Origin: Patescibacteria group bacterium
Lineage (GTDB): Bacteria > Patescibacteriota > Minisyncoccia > Phycocordibacterales > PALSA-1337
Direction: 5' to 3'
DNA: 55,056 nt
Assembly (NCBI GenBank): GCA_040384285.1
Contig: JAZKJN010000002.1
Span: 130,640-185,695 of the forward strand
Each line of letters starts with the position of its first letter. Within the stretch, counting starts at the first letter, position 1. Below are positions 1 through 9,591 of the stretch, piece by piece. Below the pieces are notes generated by a model. That model saw only the letters and a program-made list of their open reading frames with translations. It was not told where the DNA came from and did no database searches. The position numbers and the translations under genes are program-made.

Positions 1-1
1 C

Positions 2-523
2 ATTCTTCACAGCAAAATGAAGCCCGCTGAGAAAGACCGGGTGATGCTGGATTTTAAATCTGGGAAGATTCATATTCTCTGCGCCACATCTGTAGTGGAA
101 GTAGGTGTAAATGTTCCAAACGCCACGGTCATCATACTTGAAGGGGCAGAGCGTTTCGGTCTTGCTCAACTTCACCAGTTACGCGGACGAGTGATCCGGT
201 CAAATCATCAAGCGTATTGCTTTGTCTTTACCGAAACACAATCAGACAAAACAGTGGAGCGACTCACTGCTTTGAAAACCGCAAAAAATGGATTCGAACT
301 TGCAGAATACGATCTCAAATTCCGAGGAGCCGGAGAACTTTCTGGAGGTAAGCAATGGGGTGTATCAGATATTGCAATGGAAGCGCTTAAGAATATAAAA
401 ATGGTGGAAGCTGCACGGACTGAGGCGCAGAAACTGGTTGCCACGGACTCATCTCTTGCCGACTATCCTCTCCTACGCACCGAGCTCAAGAAAAGAAAAA
501 GTGATCTGAAACATTTTGAATAA
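2..523 (+). CDS. recG: ATP-dependent DNA helicase RecG, C-terminal part (gene begins before the window)
   Basis: Frame is open from position 2 (ILHSKMK...). Helicase motifs ATSVVEVGVNVPNA and ERFGLAQLHQLRGRV, plus RecG TRG region DLKFRGAGELSG. Confidence 0.95.
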   Translation: MLHSKMKPAEKDRVMLDFKSGKIHILCATSVVEVGVNVPNATVIILEGAERFGLAQLHQLRGRVIRSNHQAYCFVFTETQSDKTVERLTALKTAKNGFELAEYDLKFRGAGELSGGKQWGVSDIAMEALKNIKMVEAARTEAQKLVATDSSLADYPLLRTELKKRKSDLKHFE

Positions 524-536
524 CAAAAAAGGGGCG

Positions 537-770
537 TTAGCCCTGTGTGTTTGATTTTCCTCCGGATTGGATCCATCTCGTGAGAGGTCCTGTGGCAAGT
601 TTGAGAACTCTCTTGCGACGAGAAGTGATCTGTTTGGTGACAGGTCCTGGTGGAGGAGCCTTCCCGGCTTTCTGACGCTCAAGAGCACGCCGACGCTGCT
701 CTTCGAATCTACGCTGTTCAAGACCATCTCGCAGACCCGCATAGGGTCCATTGCTTTTCCAAGTTGCCAT
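537..770 (-). CDS. Small basic hypothetical protein (77 aa)
   Basis: Fits between recG and the next gene on the same strand as its upstream neighbours; AAGGAAAATT precedes the ATG. No recognisable domain. Confidence 0.4.
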   Translation of the reverse strand: MATWKSNGPYAGLRDGLEQRRFEEQRRRALERQKAGKAPPPGPVTKQITSRRKRVLKLATGPLTRWIQSGGKSNTQG

Positions 771-812
771 AATTTTCCTTTCGTGTGCTGTTCATTCTCA
801 CTCTACCACTTT

Positions 813-3800
813 TTAGGATTTTGAAAAGATGTCTATGATCCAACCCAAAAACCGTGAGAAGAAGTTTTTTTGAGGACTGGGAGGGACAGATTCAGAGACA
901 AGTTCCGGTGTAGCTGTGGCAGGAGCTTTGGGTAGTATATTTTCTGTCACTGGCAGTTGAGAGAAAGTCGGAGGTGTCTGACTTGGGATAGGTTTTGGTG
1001 GGACAGTAGGAAGAATCGTAGTAGGGATATTTTGTGGTACCGGAGCGGGAGCTACAACAGGAGGCGCCACGATCACCTTATTCTTAGGAATACTTCCACT
1101 CCGAGTTCCTCCCGAAAAAGATGCAGCGATAGGACATGCACTTGTAACAAAAGTATCATCTGTAGGATATGTCGAAGTTCCTGCAGAGTTTACTGCGTAA
1201 GGAGCAAAGTGATATGTGGTAGCGCAGGTGAGCGAGGAAAGACTCGAGGTAAAGGAACCTGTAGAGAAAGATCCTGATTCTGTCGTCGTTGCTCCGTAGG
1301 CGTCAGTCAATCCATATACAAAGCCTCGAACAGAAGCATCCTCCCCTCCTGTGTCATCGAGGGAGCCGTTGAGAGTGGCGGAAGTTTCTCCGAGAGATGT
1401 GGCAGAAGATGATGTGACAGTTGGAGGGTTGGGAGATGTGGTGAAGGTTGCATCTGAACCATAGCTTGTACCCGCAGAGTTTGTAGAGTATGCACGGAAG
1501 TGGTACTCGGTGGCAGAAGAAAGACCTGATGTTGTAGATGAGAAACTTCCTACCCCAAATGTTCCGGACTCTGTAGTGGTTGCACCATATGCAGTCGTGA
1601 GTCCATACTGAAAACCTCTCACTGTCGTAGAAGCATATCCATCATCTGTCATGGACCCATTGAGGAGTGCAGATGTAGTTGTTAGCGATGTGGCAGAAGA
1701 TGTGGTGATGGTTGGAGCGACGATGGCGGAGAACATGGCAAATTTTTGGTATTTTGTTAAGCCATTTATAGAGGTGAAAGTTCCATAAATATACATTTTC
1801 AAACTGTCGAGAATAATCTTGCTGACTCCACCGGAAACAATCGTAGGTGTGGAATATGTAGTAGAAGCATTTGCAGTACTCACAACACCTAGACGAGCTA
1901 TAGAGGATTGACCTCCAAGGGCACTAAATATTCCACCCAAATAGAGGGTGGAGTCGTCAGTAGAAAGTGCAACAGTATCTACTCGAGCATTGGCATTTGG
2001 GTTGTAGGAGGGAGTTGCGCTTGCAGTTACTGTATCTACGGCGGCAACGCTGTTGTACGTAACACCTCCGATACTCGTAAAACTTCCTCCAGCATAGAGC
2101 TTTGTATTATCTTGTGACAGGACAATGTCACCCACAGTTCCGTTTGCAACTGGATTAAATGTAGTACTTGCAACTCCGTCAGAAGTACGGATAGCTGCGA
2201 GACGGGTATAACTTACACCACCAACAGTGAGGAAGGATCCACCGATATAGAGGGTACTTTCATCTGAAGAAAGTTTCATTGAGTTCACAGAATGTCCAAG
2301 CGTGGTGCCGAGGTTGGGATTGAAAGATAAAGTGGCACTTGCTGTCGTGGTATCTATGGCGGCGAGGCGGTTGTAAGTCACTCCTCCGACACCGGTAAAT
2401 GAGCCTCCAGTATATAAAAGAGTTTCGGCCGAGTTTAGTACGAGAGCTGAAACGGCACCGCCAGAAGTAATGGTCACGCTAGGATTAAACGAAGAAATTG
2501 CAGCTCCGTTAGATGTGTTGATCGCCGCAAGACGATTGTAGATAACCCCACCAACAGTAGTGAAGTTTCCCCCAGCGTAGAGCCTTGATCCGTCCCGTGA
2601 AAGTGCGAGGGCACCTACCGCATTGTTCATGTTTGGATTAAAGGAAGAGATGACAGATCCGTCAATACTCGAAATAGCGGCGAGATTATTTCTGGGCGTA
2701 CTTCCCATTGCTCGAAACAAACCTCCGGCATACAGGGTTTCACCACTCGAAGAAAGAGCAACGGCACTTACCGTACTGTTCAAATTTGGATTAAAAGCGG
2801 GAGTGGCGCTGGCTGTAGTTGTATTGATTGCAGCAATGTTGTTGTAGGTGACACCCCCGACAGTTGTAAATGTACCGCCGACATAAAGAGTTGTCCCATC
2901 CGAAGATAACTGAAGGGCACTTACGACCCCACCGACATTTGGATTAAAAGCGGGGGTGGCACTGGCTGTAGCTATACTGATTGCCGCAAGACGATTGTAA
3001 GCCACACCACCGATAGTAGTAAACCCTCCGCCCACATACAGTAATGATTCATCGGGAGATAGAGCGAGAGCAGAGGGAATAGAGTTGAGAACCGGGTTGA
3101 AGGATGTGCTTGCCACACCATTGAGAGTACTGATAGCTGCGAGACGGGTATAACTTACACCACCAACAGTGGCAAAGTTTCCCCCTGCATAGAGGGTGCG
3201 GTTGTCGGCCGAAAGCAAAAGAGAGTTGACAGTGGTATTGAGATTGGGATTGAAAGTGGTGCTTGCGACACCCGTTGCAGTATCGATTGCAGCCAATCTG
3301 TTGTAGGTGACACCGCCGACAGTGGTAAAGAATCCCCCAGCATAAATAGTACGGCCATCTGAAGAAAGCTGGAGAGCATTCACCGCTGAACCCATATTGG
3401 GGTTAAAGGTGGTGCTCGCCGCACCGTTTGAAGTCGTGAGCGCGGCCAGACGATTGTAGGTCACTCCTCCGATAGTCGTAAAACTTCCACCAACGTAGAG
3501 CGTCGAACCGTCAGGAGAAAGTGCGATTGCATTGATAGTCGTATTGATAGGAAAAGCCGGAGAAAAATTGGGATCAATAGATCCGCTCGGTAATACGTGT
3601 GCAAGAGACATGTAGGAAACTGAGTCCACCAAGGTAAACAAACCGGCCACATACCATCCGCCCTGTCTATCCGAAACCACTGCATTGATTGACCCCGTCC
3701 CTGTTAGATCATCGAACTTTGGATATGTAGAAGATGCAGCCCCATCTGCAACCTTCAATGGAACCCCTGCCCCACTATATGGTCCAATTTCTGTGAAAGT

Positions 3801-3980
3801 CCCTCCGATATAAATACGAGAAGTACTGGTCGAGACGACCATGCTCGATATCGCGCTGCCTGTTATCACAAAGTTTGCACCGTCAGGCGTAGTCCTATAC
3901 GCCGCCTCTGTTACGATAGGAGAAAAAACAAATATAAAAGCAAGAATGCTCAGCCAACTTTTGACATGAACTTTTTTCAT
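813..3980 (-). CDS. Secreted/surface beta-propeller repeat protein with two FN3-like domains and a Pro/Thr-rich stalk
   Basis: N-terminal signal/TM; ~14 repeats of ~50 aa with a xLSxDxxxLYxGGxF core; two ~95-aa repeats (TxSSATSLxxTSAxLNGS...RGFxYGLTxAYG); Pro-rich tail and amphipathic C-terminus FFSRFLGWIIDIF. Confidence 0.85.
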   Translation of the reverse strand: MKKVHVKSWLSILAFIFVFSPIVTEAAYRTTPDGANFVITGSAISSMVVSTSTSRIYIGGTFTEIGPYSGAGVPLKVADGAASSTYPKFDDLTGTGSINAVVSDRQGGWYVAGLFTLVDSVSYMSLAHVLPSGSIDPNFSPAFPINTTINAIALSPDGSTLYVGGSFTTIGGVTYNRLAALTTSNGAASTTFNPNMGSAVNALQLSSDGRTIYAGGFFTTVGGVTYNRLAAIDTATGVASTTFNPNLNTTVNSLLLSADNRTLYAGGNFATVGGVSYTRLAAISTLNGVASTSFNPVLNSIPSALALSPDESLLYVGGGFTTIGGVAYNRLAAISIATASATPAFNPNVGGVVSALQLSSDGTTLYVGGTFTTVGGVTYNNIAAINTTTASATPAFNPNLNSTVSAVALSSSGETLYAGGLFRAMGSTPRNNLAAISSIDGSVISSFNPNMNNAVGALALSRDGSRLYAGGNFTTVGGVIYNRLAAINTSNGAAISSFNPSVTITSGGAVSALVLNSAETLLYTGGSFTGVGGVTYNRLAAIDTTTASATLSFNPNLGTTLGHSVNSMKLSSDESTLYIGGSFLTVGGVSYTRLAAIRTSDGVASTTFNPVANGTVGDIVLSQDNTKLYAGGSFTSIGGVTYNSVAAVDTVTASATPSYNPNANARVDTVALSTDDSTLYLGGIFSALGGQSSIARLGVVSTANASTTYSTPTIVSGGVSKIILDSLKMYIYGTFTSINGLTKYQKFAMFSAIVAPTITTSSATSLTTTSALLNGSMTDDGYASTTVRGFQYGLTTAYGATTTESGTFGVGSFSSTTSGLSSATEYHFRAYSTNSAGTSYGSDATFTTSPNPPTVTSSSATSLGETSATLNGSLDDTGGEDASVRGFVYGLTDAYGATTTESGSFSTGSFTSSLSSLTCATTYHFAPYAVNSAGTSTYPTDDTFVTSACPIAASFSGGTRSGSIPKNKVIVAPPVVAPAPVPQNIPTTILPTVPPKPIPSQTPPTFSQLPVTENILPKAPATATPELVSESVPPSPQKNFFSRFLGWIIDIFSKS
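2190..2229. repeat. 40-bp exact intragenic direct repeat, copy 1 (copy 2 at 3132-3171)
   Basis: gatagctgcgagacgggtataacttacaccaccaacagtg occurs identically at both positions. Confidence 0.9.
3132..3171. repeat. 40-bp exact intragenic direct repeat, copy 2
   Basis: Identical to 2190-2229. Confidence 0.9.
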
Positions 3981-4025
3981 TACGTTAGACTCAAGTATAC
4001 CAAAAAATATCCTGATCTGATTCCT

Positions 4026-5819
4026 TTATGTCGATATCGCCGGTTCAGAGTGATATGTTTCGAGTTTGTAGAAATGCACCTGCGCAGTTCCCATCCATGA
4101 CTGTGAAGCATAGTTCCCTGCTTTGAAATAGTTTCCGTATGTCCATCCGGCATTGATCTGATAGTCCAGACATGTTTGCATTGGCTGCCCAACACGACCC
4201 GCCTTCACAATCATGCGTCCATTTATAATACTGATATCTGCATCAAAGGTGTTGTAGTCAATATCTGTATTTGGACAAAGAACGGAAGCATCCGCGAGAC
4301 CGAGTGCATCTGTCTTGTAGTGAGCCTTCAACTGTCGAGCTCCGAGCCCTATTGGATACCATACAAGTCGTAGGAGTGGTGGCTTTGAAGGATACGGATG
4401 TATCTGAAGTATCGTGATCTGTGCACCGTTGTATGTCGGTCCTGGGGCAATACGGATACGTGAACTGAGTGTAGAAGTCCCTACAAGTGCTGACCAATTT
4501 TTATCATTACGGCTTCCATCCATGACTTCTCGAAGTTCTGTACGCAACCATCCACTACCATCATTTGTTGTCGATGCGTTGAGCCAGAAGAGCATCGATC
4601 CATCTGTAGTATCTGTGCGGAACCAGGGAGCAACGGCTTCGCCATCTGAAGCAGATATATTTCGGAGGAGGTAGTCTGTGGTGCCAGATTTTGCAGTGGC
4701 CTGAAGTTTCCAAGTTGTTAGATTAAAATTCTGCCAAGGTTTTTTGGTTGGATCGAGCCCAGCATTTGCCACCGTCACATTGACCACGAGTGATGTGGTG
4801 ACATTCCCTGCTGTGTCGCGAGCAATTGCTCGGAGTGCGTGGATGGAGTTTGAAGAAGCGCGAGTGTTCCATGCATATGAGTACGGAGCAATTGTATCTT
4901 CAGCACCAAGTACTACGTTGTCGAGAGTAAATTGCACACCCGCGACTCCTACGTTGTCACTGGCATTTGCAGTGATTGTCGTAGTACCAGAGACAGTGCT
5001 GTTTGGAGTGGGTGCAGTGAGAGCAACGAGTGGAAAGACGGCATCAGGCACCGAAATAGTCGTCACAGAAAGTGGTGTCGATGATGCAGAATAGACTGAC
5101 TTGTTTGATATTTCTTTTGCTACGTAGCTATATGTCAGTCCGGGAACAAGTCCTGTATCTCGATAAAAATAGCTATCGGTTCCGGTCCCAATTGCTCCAA
5201 GAGAAAATGGGATGGTAGCGATCAGTACACCGTCTCGGTAGAGAGCATACGACATCGGAGTCATCTGATAATTATAATCATGTTTCCAGATGAGGTTTAC
5301 ACTGGAAGTCGAAAGTGCTCGTGCTGTCATACTGTAGGGCGTAGGAGGCACTAACTCGAGGGGCTTAGGCTCTGACTTTGGAAGTGTATCAGGTGCAGTT
5401 ATAGAAACTCGTTTTGAAAGTGAAGATTCATTGCCAGCAAGATCATAGGCTGACACTCTATAGTAGTGCCTTACCGACCGTTCAAAGTTTACATCAGTAA
5501 AAGAGTTTTTTGATGTCAAAGAATAAAAAGAAATATCCTTCTCAGACATTCCTCGGTACACTCGATATCCTGTCACACCCACATTATCAGAAGACCTTTC
5601 CCAGTCGAGAACTATCGCCCCTCCTTCAATATCTGCATCGAGGTCATCAGGCTTGCTCGGTTTCTTTGTATCAGAAGGAGCAATTAGCAAAACTTTTGAG
5701 CTTTGGGCTATCGCCTCGCCAGTGGATACCGACTGAAACACTGTTCGTATCGAAGGAAAAGAAATAATAATAAGAACGGCAATCATGAGGGAGAATGCCC
5801 CTAGTTGTGATGATTTCAT
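4026..5819 (-). CDS. Membrane-anchored FN3-FN3-Ig protein with C-terminal polysaccharide lyase family 7 (alginate lyase) domain
   Basis: N-terminal TM; FN3 motifs (LDWERSSDNVGVTGYRVYR, YRVSAYDLAGNES); Big-type Ig (ASDNVGVAGVQF...ARDTAGN); PL7 signature motifs LRTELRE, QIH and YFKAGNY. Confidence 0.85.
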   Translation of the reverse strand: MKSSQLGAFSLMIAVLIIISFPSIRTVFQSVSTGEAIAQSSKVLLIAPSDTKKPSKPDDLDADIEGGAIVLDWERSSDNVGVTGYRVYRGMSEKDISFYSLTSKNSFTDVNFERSVRHYYRVSAYDLAGNESSLSKRVSITAPDTLPKSEPKPLELVPPTPYSMTARALSTSSVNLIWKHDYNYQMTPMSYALYRDGVLIATIPFSLGAIGTGTDSYFYRDTGLVPGLTYSYVAKEISNKSVYSASSTPLSVTTISVPDAVFPLVALTAPTPNSTVSGTTTITANASDNVGVAGVQFTLDNVVLGAEDTIAPYSYAWNTRASSNSIHALRAIARDTAGNVTTSLVVNVTVANAGLDPTKKPWQNFNLTTWKLQATAKSGTTDYLLRNISASDGEAVAPWFRTDTTDGSMLFWLNASTTNDGSGWLRTELREVMDGSRNDKNWSALVGTSTLSSRIRIAPGPTYNGAQITILQIHPYPSKPPLLRLVWYPIGLGARQLKAHYKTDALGLADASVLCPNTDIDYNTFDADISIINGRMIVKAGRVGQPMQTCLDYQINAGWTYGNYFKAGNYASQSWMGTAQVHFYKLETYHSEPAIST

Positions 5820-5880
5820 ATCATCATTATCCTCCCATGTCAGCTTTTAATCAACCGGCACCTATGCACACTTACTTCTG

Positions 5881-5954
5881 TGCGCCTGCTTGGACTCGAA
5901 CCAAGGACCCTCGAGGTATAAGCTCGATGCTCTAACCAACTGAGCTACAGGCGC
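5881..5954 (-). tRNA. tRNA-Ile, anticodon UAU; CCA not encoded
   Basis: Reverse complement GCGCCTG-TA-GCTCAGTTGGTTAGAGC-A-TCGAG-CT-TAT-AC-CTCGA-GGGTC-CTTGG-TTCGAGT-CCAAG-CAGGCGC-A folds into a full cloverleaf. Confidence 0.95.
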
Positions 5955-5970
5955 ATGTGATATAAAAATA

Positions 5971-7902
5971 TCACACCTGATGCTCTATATCCAATTTCTT
6001 TTTAAGAGGAATTCCGTGAGTAATGATGATTTTTTCATATTCATCGCGCTCAATTGTCTCTGTTTCTACGAGTCGCAGAGCAATAGCATCCAGGGCTTTC
6101 TTGTGTTCTGTGACAATATTTTGTGCCTTTGTATATGCCTCACTCATGATGCGAGCAACTTCGCTGTCTACATCTGCACTTATTTTCTCAGAATACTGTC
6201 CGTCCTCAACACCCTTTCCAAACATAGCTCGTCCTCCAGTTCCTTCGAGTGCAAGTACGCCGATCTTTTCTGACATTCCGTACTTTGTGACCATATCACG
6301 GGCAAGAGCTGTTGAAACCTGAAGGTCATTTGATGGACCAGTTGTCACATCATTGAACATAATCTTTTCTACCACATATCCTCCGAGAGATACGGCAATA
6401 TCATCGAGGAATTCTTTTTTTGATTGCATCTTTCGATCTTCGAGAGGAAGGTGCAATGTATAGCCAGCAGCACGGCCTCGAGAAATGATAGAAATCTTGT
6501 GCACGGGATCTGCAAATGGAAGGACGGATGCAACAAGAGCATGCCCTGCTTCGTGGTATGCAGTGATTTCTTTTTCTTTCTTTGAGAGAAGGTGGCTTTT
6601 TCGTTCAGGTCCGAGCATGACTTTTTCAATTGCTCTGATGAGGTCAAACTGTGCAACCTTTGTTCGCTCTTCACGCGCAGCAAGGATGGCTCCTTCGTTC
6701 ATGAGAGAGTAGAGATCGGCTCCAGAGAAACCTGGGGTACGCTCAGCGATCACTCGAAGATTCACGTCTTCAGCAAAAGGCTTTTTTGCAGAATGGATCT
6801 TCAAAATCTCTTCACGGTCGTTTCTGTCAGGGAGATCGATGGTCACTCGTCGGTCAAAACGTCCTGGGCGGAGAAGTGCGGGGTCGAGTACATCTGGTCT
6901 GTTTGTAGCAGCCATGACGATTACTTTTTCATTTGGTTCAAATCCATCCATCTCCACGAGGATCTGGTTTAAAGTTTGTTCTCGCTCATCGTTTCCTCCT
7001 CCTACACCTGTACCTCGGACACGCCCGACAGCATCGATCTCATCAACGAAAATAATTGCTGGTGCTGATTGCTTTGCCATCTTGAAAAGATCTCGCACGC
7101 GAGAAGCTCCAACTCCCACAAACATTTCTACGAACTCCGATCCAGAGATCGCAAAGAAAGCAACATTTGCCTCCCCTGCCACAGCCCGTGCAAGCAAAGT
7201 CTTTCCTGTACCGGGCGCACCCATGAGAAGAATTCCTTTTGGGATCACTGCACCGATATCCAAAAACTTTTTGGGATTTTTCAAAAAGTCTACGATCTCT
7301 GCGAGTTCCTGCTTTGCCTCTTTTGCTCCAGCCACATCTTTAAATGTTACTTTTTGTTTTGCATCGTCAGGTAGAGTGATGCGCGCTTTCGATTGACCGA
7401 AAGAAAATGCTTGCATACCGGCACCCTTCACTTGTCGGGTGAGAAACCAAATAATGAGTGCGAGAAAAATGAGAGGTACAAGGAATGGTGTGAGTTGTGC
7501 AAGCCAGAAGATGGTGCCACTCGGACCTTCTACATTGATCTTTACTGCGTTCAATTTTTCAGGAGTGAGTCCGTACGCAGCAAAAGTTTCTGTGATGGCG
7601 GCATCATTTTCTTTGTTTGTCTGCTTTGTCGTACCGTCGACATAGTTTGCAATAAGATCATCTCCTTTTATCGTAATCGCGGTAACTGTCCCCTTCTGCA
7701 CGTCACTTACAAGCTCAGAGAGAGTGATTTCGGTGGCTGGGTTTGTCTGGTCCGCTATGACTGAGTAGATACCAGAGATCAAAAAAAGAATGAGGAGTCC
7801 GAGGGACATAGTCTGGAGCAAGCCAAAACGTGAGGGCTTTTTAGGAGCCTTGTTTTGGGGATTCTGGTGGGCGGGGTTTGGAGTGTGGGGATTATTTTGC
7901 AT
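5971..7902 (-). CDS. ftsH: ATP-dependent zinc metalloprotease FtsH
   Basis: Two TM segments, Walker A GAPGTGKT, Walker [35 protein letters not shown] zinc motif. Confidence 0.98.
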   Translation of the reverse strand: MQNNPHTPNPAHQNPQNKAPKKPSRFGLLQTMSLGLLILFLISGIYSVIADQTNPATEITLSELVSDVQKGTVTAITIKGDDLIANYVDGTTKQTNKENDAAITETFAAYGLTPEKLNAVKINVEGPSGTIFWLAQLTPFLVPLIFLALIIWFLTRQVKGAGMQAFSFGQSKARITLPDDAKQKVTFKDVAGAKEAKQELAEIVDFLKNPKKFLDIGAVIPKGILLMGAPGTGKTLLARAVAGEANVAFFAISGSEFVEMFVGVGASRVRDLFKMAKQSAPAIIFVDEIDAVGRVRGTGVGGGNDEREQTLNQILVEMDGFEPNEKVIVMAATNRPDVLDPALLRPGRFDRRVTIDLPDRNDREEILKIHSAKKPFAEDVNLRVIAERTPGFSGADLYSLMNEGAILAAREERTKVAQFDLIRAIEKVMLGPERKSHLLSKKEKEITAYHEAGHALVASVLPFADPVHKISIISRGRAAGYTLHLPLEDRKMQSKKEFLDDIAVSLGGYVVEKIMFNDVTTGPSNDLQVSTALARDMVTKYGMSEKIGVLALEGTGGRAMFGKGVEDGQYSEKISADVDSEVARIMSEAYTKAQNIVTEHKKALDAIALRLVETETIERDEYEKIIITHGIPLKKKLDIEHQV

Positions 7903-7914
7903 AGGTTGATTATA
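7903..7914 (-). promoter_or_regulatory. -10 box TATAAT 6 nt upstream of the ftsH ATG (leaderless-type promoter)
   Basis: Minus strand reads TATAAT-caacct-ATG with no Shine-Dalgarno. Confidence 0.6.
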
Positions 7915-7977
7915 CGGAAAAGGAATAAAAAAGCCACCGCCCAGACAAGCTAGGTGGTGGTGAAATTCAAACTTGAG

Positions 7978-8178
7978 TTAACGAATCCAGAGGTTCCCGT
8001 TTTCGAAAACCACAGGTCCGTGAGGACCGAGCACGGAATCGATAGTATCTCTCAGTTTCCTCATGCGTGGGTTACTCGGAGTGAGATCGAAGCGGGCTAT
8101 CATCTCATCGATGGAAACCGGATTATCGATATGCCGCCCGAGCAGCAAGGAAAGAACGTTGTCAGAGTTGATTTCCAT
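7978..8178 (-). CDS. Small hypothetical protein (66 aa)
   Basis: Starts 5 nt after the stop of 8184-8591 on the same strand. The overlapping + strand ORF 7954-8187 is the alternative. Confidence 0.45.
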   Translation of the reverse strand: MEINSDNVLSLLLGRHIDNPVSIDEMIARFDLTPSNPRMRKLRDTIDSVLGPHGPVVFENGNLWIR

Positions 8179-8183
8179 GGCGG

Positions 8184-8591
8184 TTAGGCAGCTGCAGCAA
8201 TGTGGTCAGAGACAGAAGCTTTGAAAGGCTCTGCGAAAACATTATCGAGTCCAGCGCTTTTACGAAGTCCGACAATGATCTCGCCTCCCCAGTCAAAATC
8301 CGTCTTGGGTTTTTTGTCGAGTGCTTCGCGAGTGAGGAACTTATCCTTCACCTCGACGGTGACATGGTGATGGTGTGTCTTGCACTGGCGAAACACTACG
8401 ATCCGGCACGGTTTCGTGCCAGAAGGAGTGTGAGGGGTCGTACGCAACTGCAAGATGCGAGTAGTTTTTTCTGTCTTGCACCCACACAAGAGACAGCGGT
8501 GACGCCGACCTTGAGCGATGGCAAGGATGGCGCCACTGAGGGCGACGGTTCCTACAAAGCCATGAATAAGTCCGAGACTATAAGCTTCCAT
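8184..8591 (-). CDS. Hypothetical protein with N-terminal TM and CxxC...C..H cluster
   Basis: Hydrophobic N-terminus, CLLCGC motif; fills the gap divergent from smpB. Confidence 0.6.
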   Translation of the reverse strand: MEAYSLGLIHGFVGTVALSGAILAIAQGRRHRCLLCGCKTEKTTRILQLRTTPHTPSGTKPCRIVVFRQCKTHHHHVTVEVKDKFLTREALDKKPKTDFDWGGEIIVGLRKSAGLDNVFAEPFKASVSDHIAAAA

Positions 8592-8716
8592 AGATTTTGC
8601 ACTTTCTACTTTGAATTTTTGATTTTGGTTTTATTGAAGCTCACAACAAGCTTTCTAATGTAGAAATTACCATAGGTTCACAAAGAAGTCAAATAGTGCT
8701 ATAGTAGGCTCTATCT

Positions 8717-9166
8717 ATGAGCGCAACACTGATTGCAAACAAGAAAATAGGGCTTGACTATGAGATCCTCGAGACCTTCGAGGCTGGTATTGAGCTGCTC
8801 GGAATCGAAGTCAAAAGTCTCCGCAAAAACCAAGGTTCCCTTCTGGGCTCTCATGTCATCATCCGTGGCGGTGAAGCTTTTATCATTGCCTCTACCATTC
8901 CTCCGTATCAAGAAAAAAATACTGACGAGAGCTACGATCCAAAGCGCAATCGAAAAATTCTTCTTTCAAAAGCAGAGATTCAAAAGCTCGCATCACTTGA
9001 AACAAAGAATGGTTTGACAATAGTGCCTGTATCGATGTATAATAAAGGTAAGAAGATCAAGGTTGAAATAGCTGTTGTGCGTGGAAAGAAAAAGCATGAC
9101 AAGCGTGAAGCAATCAAGAAGCATGACACTGACCGTGATCTTCGTCGACAATTTTCAGATCGTTAA
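8717..9166 (+). CDS. smpB: SsrA-binding protein SmpB
   Basis: EAGIELLGIEVKSLR, RNRKILLSKAEI, GKKKHDKRE; lies directly upstream of tmRNA. Confidence 0.98.
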   Translation: MSATLIANKKIGLDYEILETFEAGIELLGIEVKSLRKNQGSLLGSHVIIRGGEAFIIASTIPPYQEKNTDESYDPKRNRKILLSKAEIQKLASLETKNGLTIVPVSMYNKGKKIKVEIAVVRGKKKHDKREAIKKHDTDRDLRRQFSDR

Positions 9167-9184
9167 CAATTTAGTTTTTAATAT

Positions 9185-9591
9185 GGGGATGAAAGGCCTC
9201 GACAGTTGAGGTACTTCCCTATGCGCATTGTAGAGCCCTACGGTCTCTTTAATCCCGTGGAAATCGTAACTGCACAATCAGCAATTACAAAAGTTAAGTC
9301 TTCTGTATCTCCATATTTTGGAGTGCAGGATCTTGCTTTCTCTTACGCTACGGTGTAAGTGACGCTCCGCACTTGGTGTCAAAATGAGTGTTGGAGTGAT
9401 ATAACCTTTGACTAGAAATTCAAGTCCCTTCCCTGCTTGAGTTTTGAAACTTCGGGAATCGCCTGCATATGTTTTGCAAACTTTAGAGTATGCAGGTTAA
9501 AAGAGGGCGACCTCGTGAAAGTCTGATATACAATGTAGAAGCGTAGTGAAACCTTATCTGCACGGCGGTTCAATTCCGCCCATCTCCACCA
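9185..9591 (+). ncRNA. ssrA: tmRNA (one-piece, 407 nt)
   Basis: 5' GGGGATG pairs with 3' CATCTCC-ACCA; T-arm GGCGG-TTCAATT-CCGCC; follows smpB; internal tag ORF present. Confidence 0.95.
9272..9358 (+). other. tmRNA tag reading frame AQSAITKVKSSVSPYFGVQDLAFSYATV*
   Basis: Resume context AATCGTAACT-GCA; 28 codons then TAA; hydrophobic C-terminus. The resume codon is inferred from the usual AACT-GCA context. Confidence 0.75.

Noticed and set aside
813-3980. Periodic ~150-bp repeats as a possible CRISPR array or DGR
   Set aside because: Repeats are in frame within a CDS and degenerate at wobble positions; no spacer pattern, cas genes or reverse transcriptase in the window.
1-9166. Alternative genetic code 25 (UGA=Gly) of Gracilibacteria/Absconditabacteria
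   Set aside because: Host genes are uninterrupted under code 11 and ftsH ends at TGA just before the tRNA.
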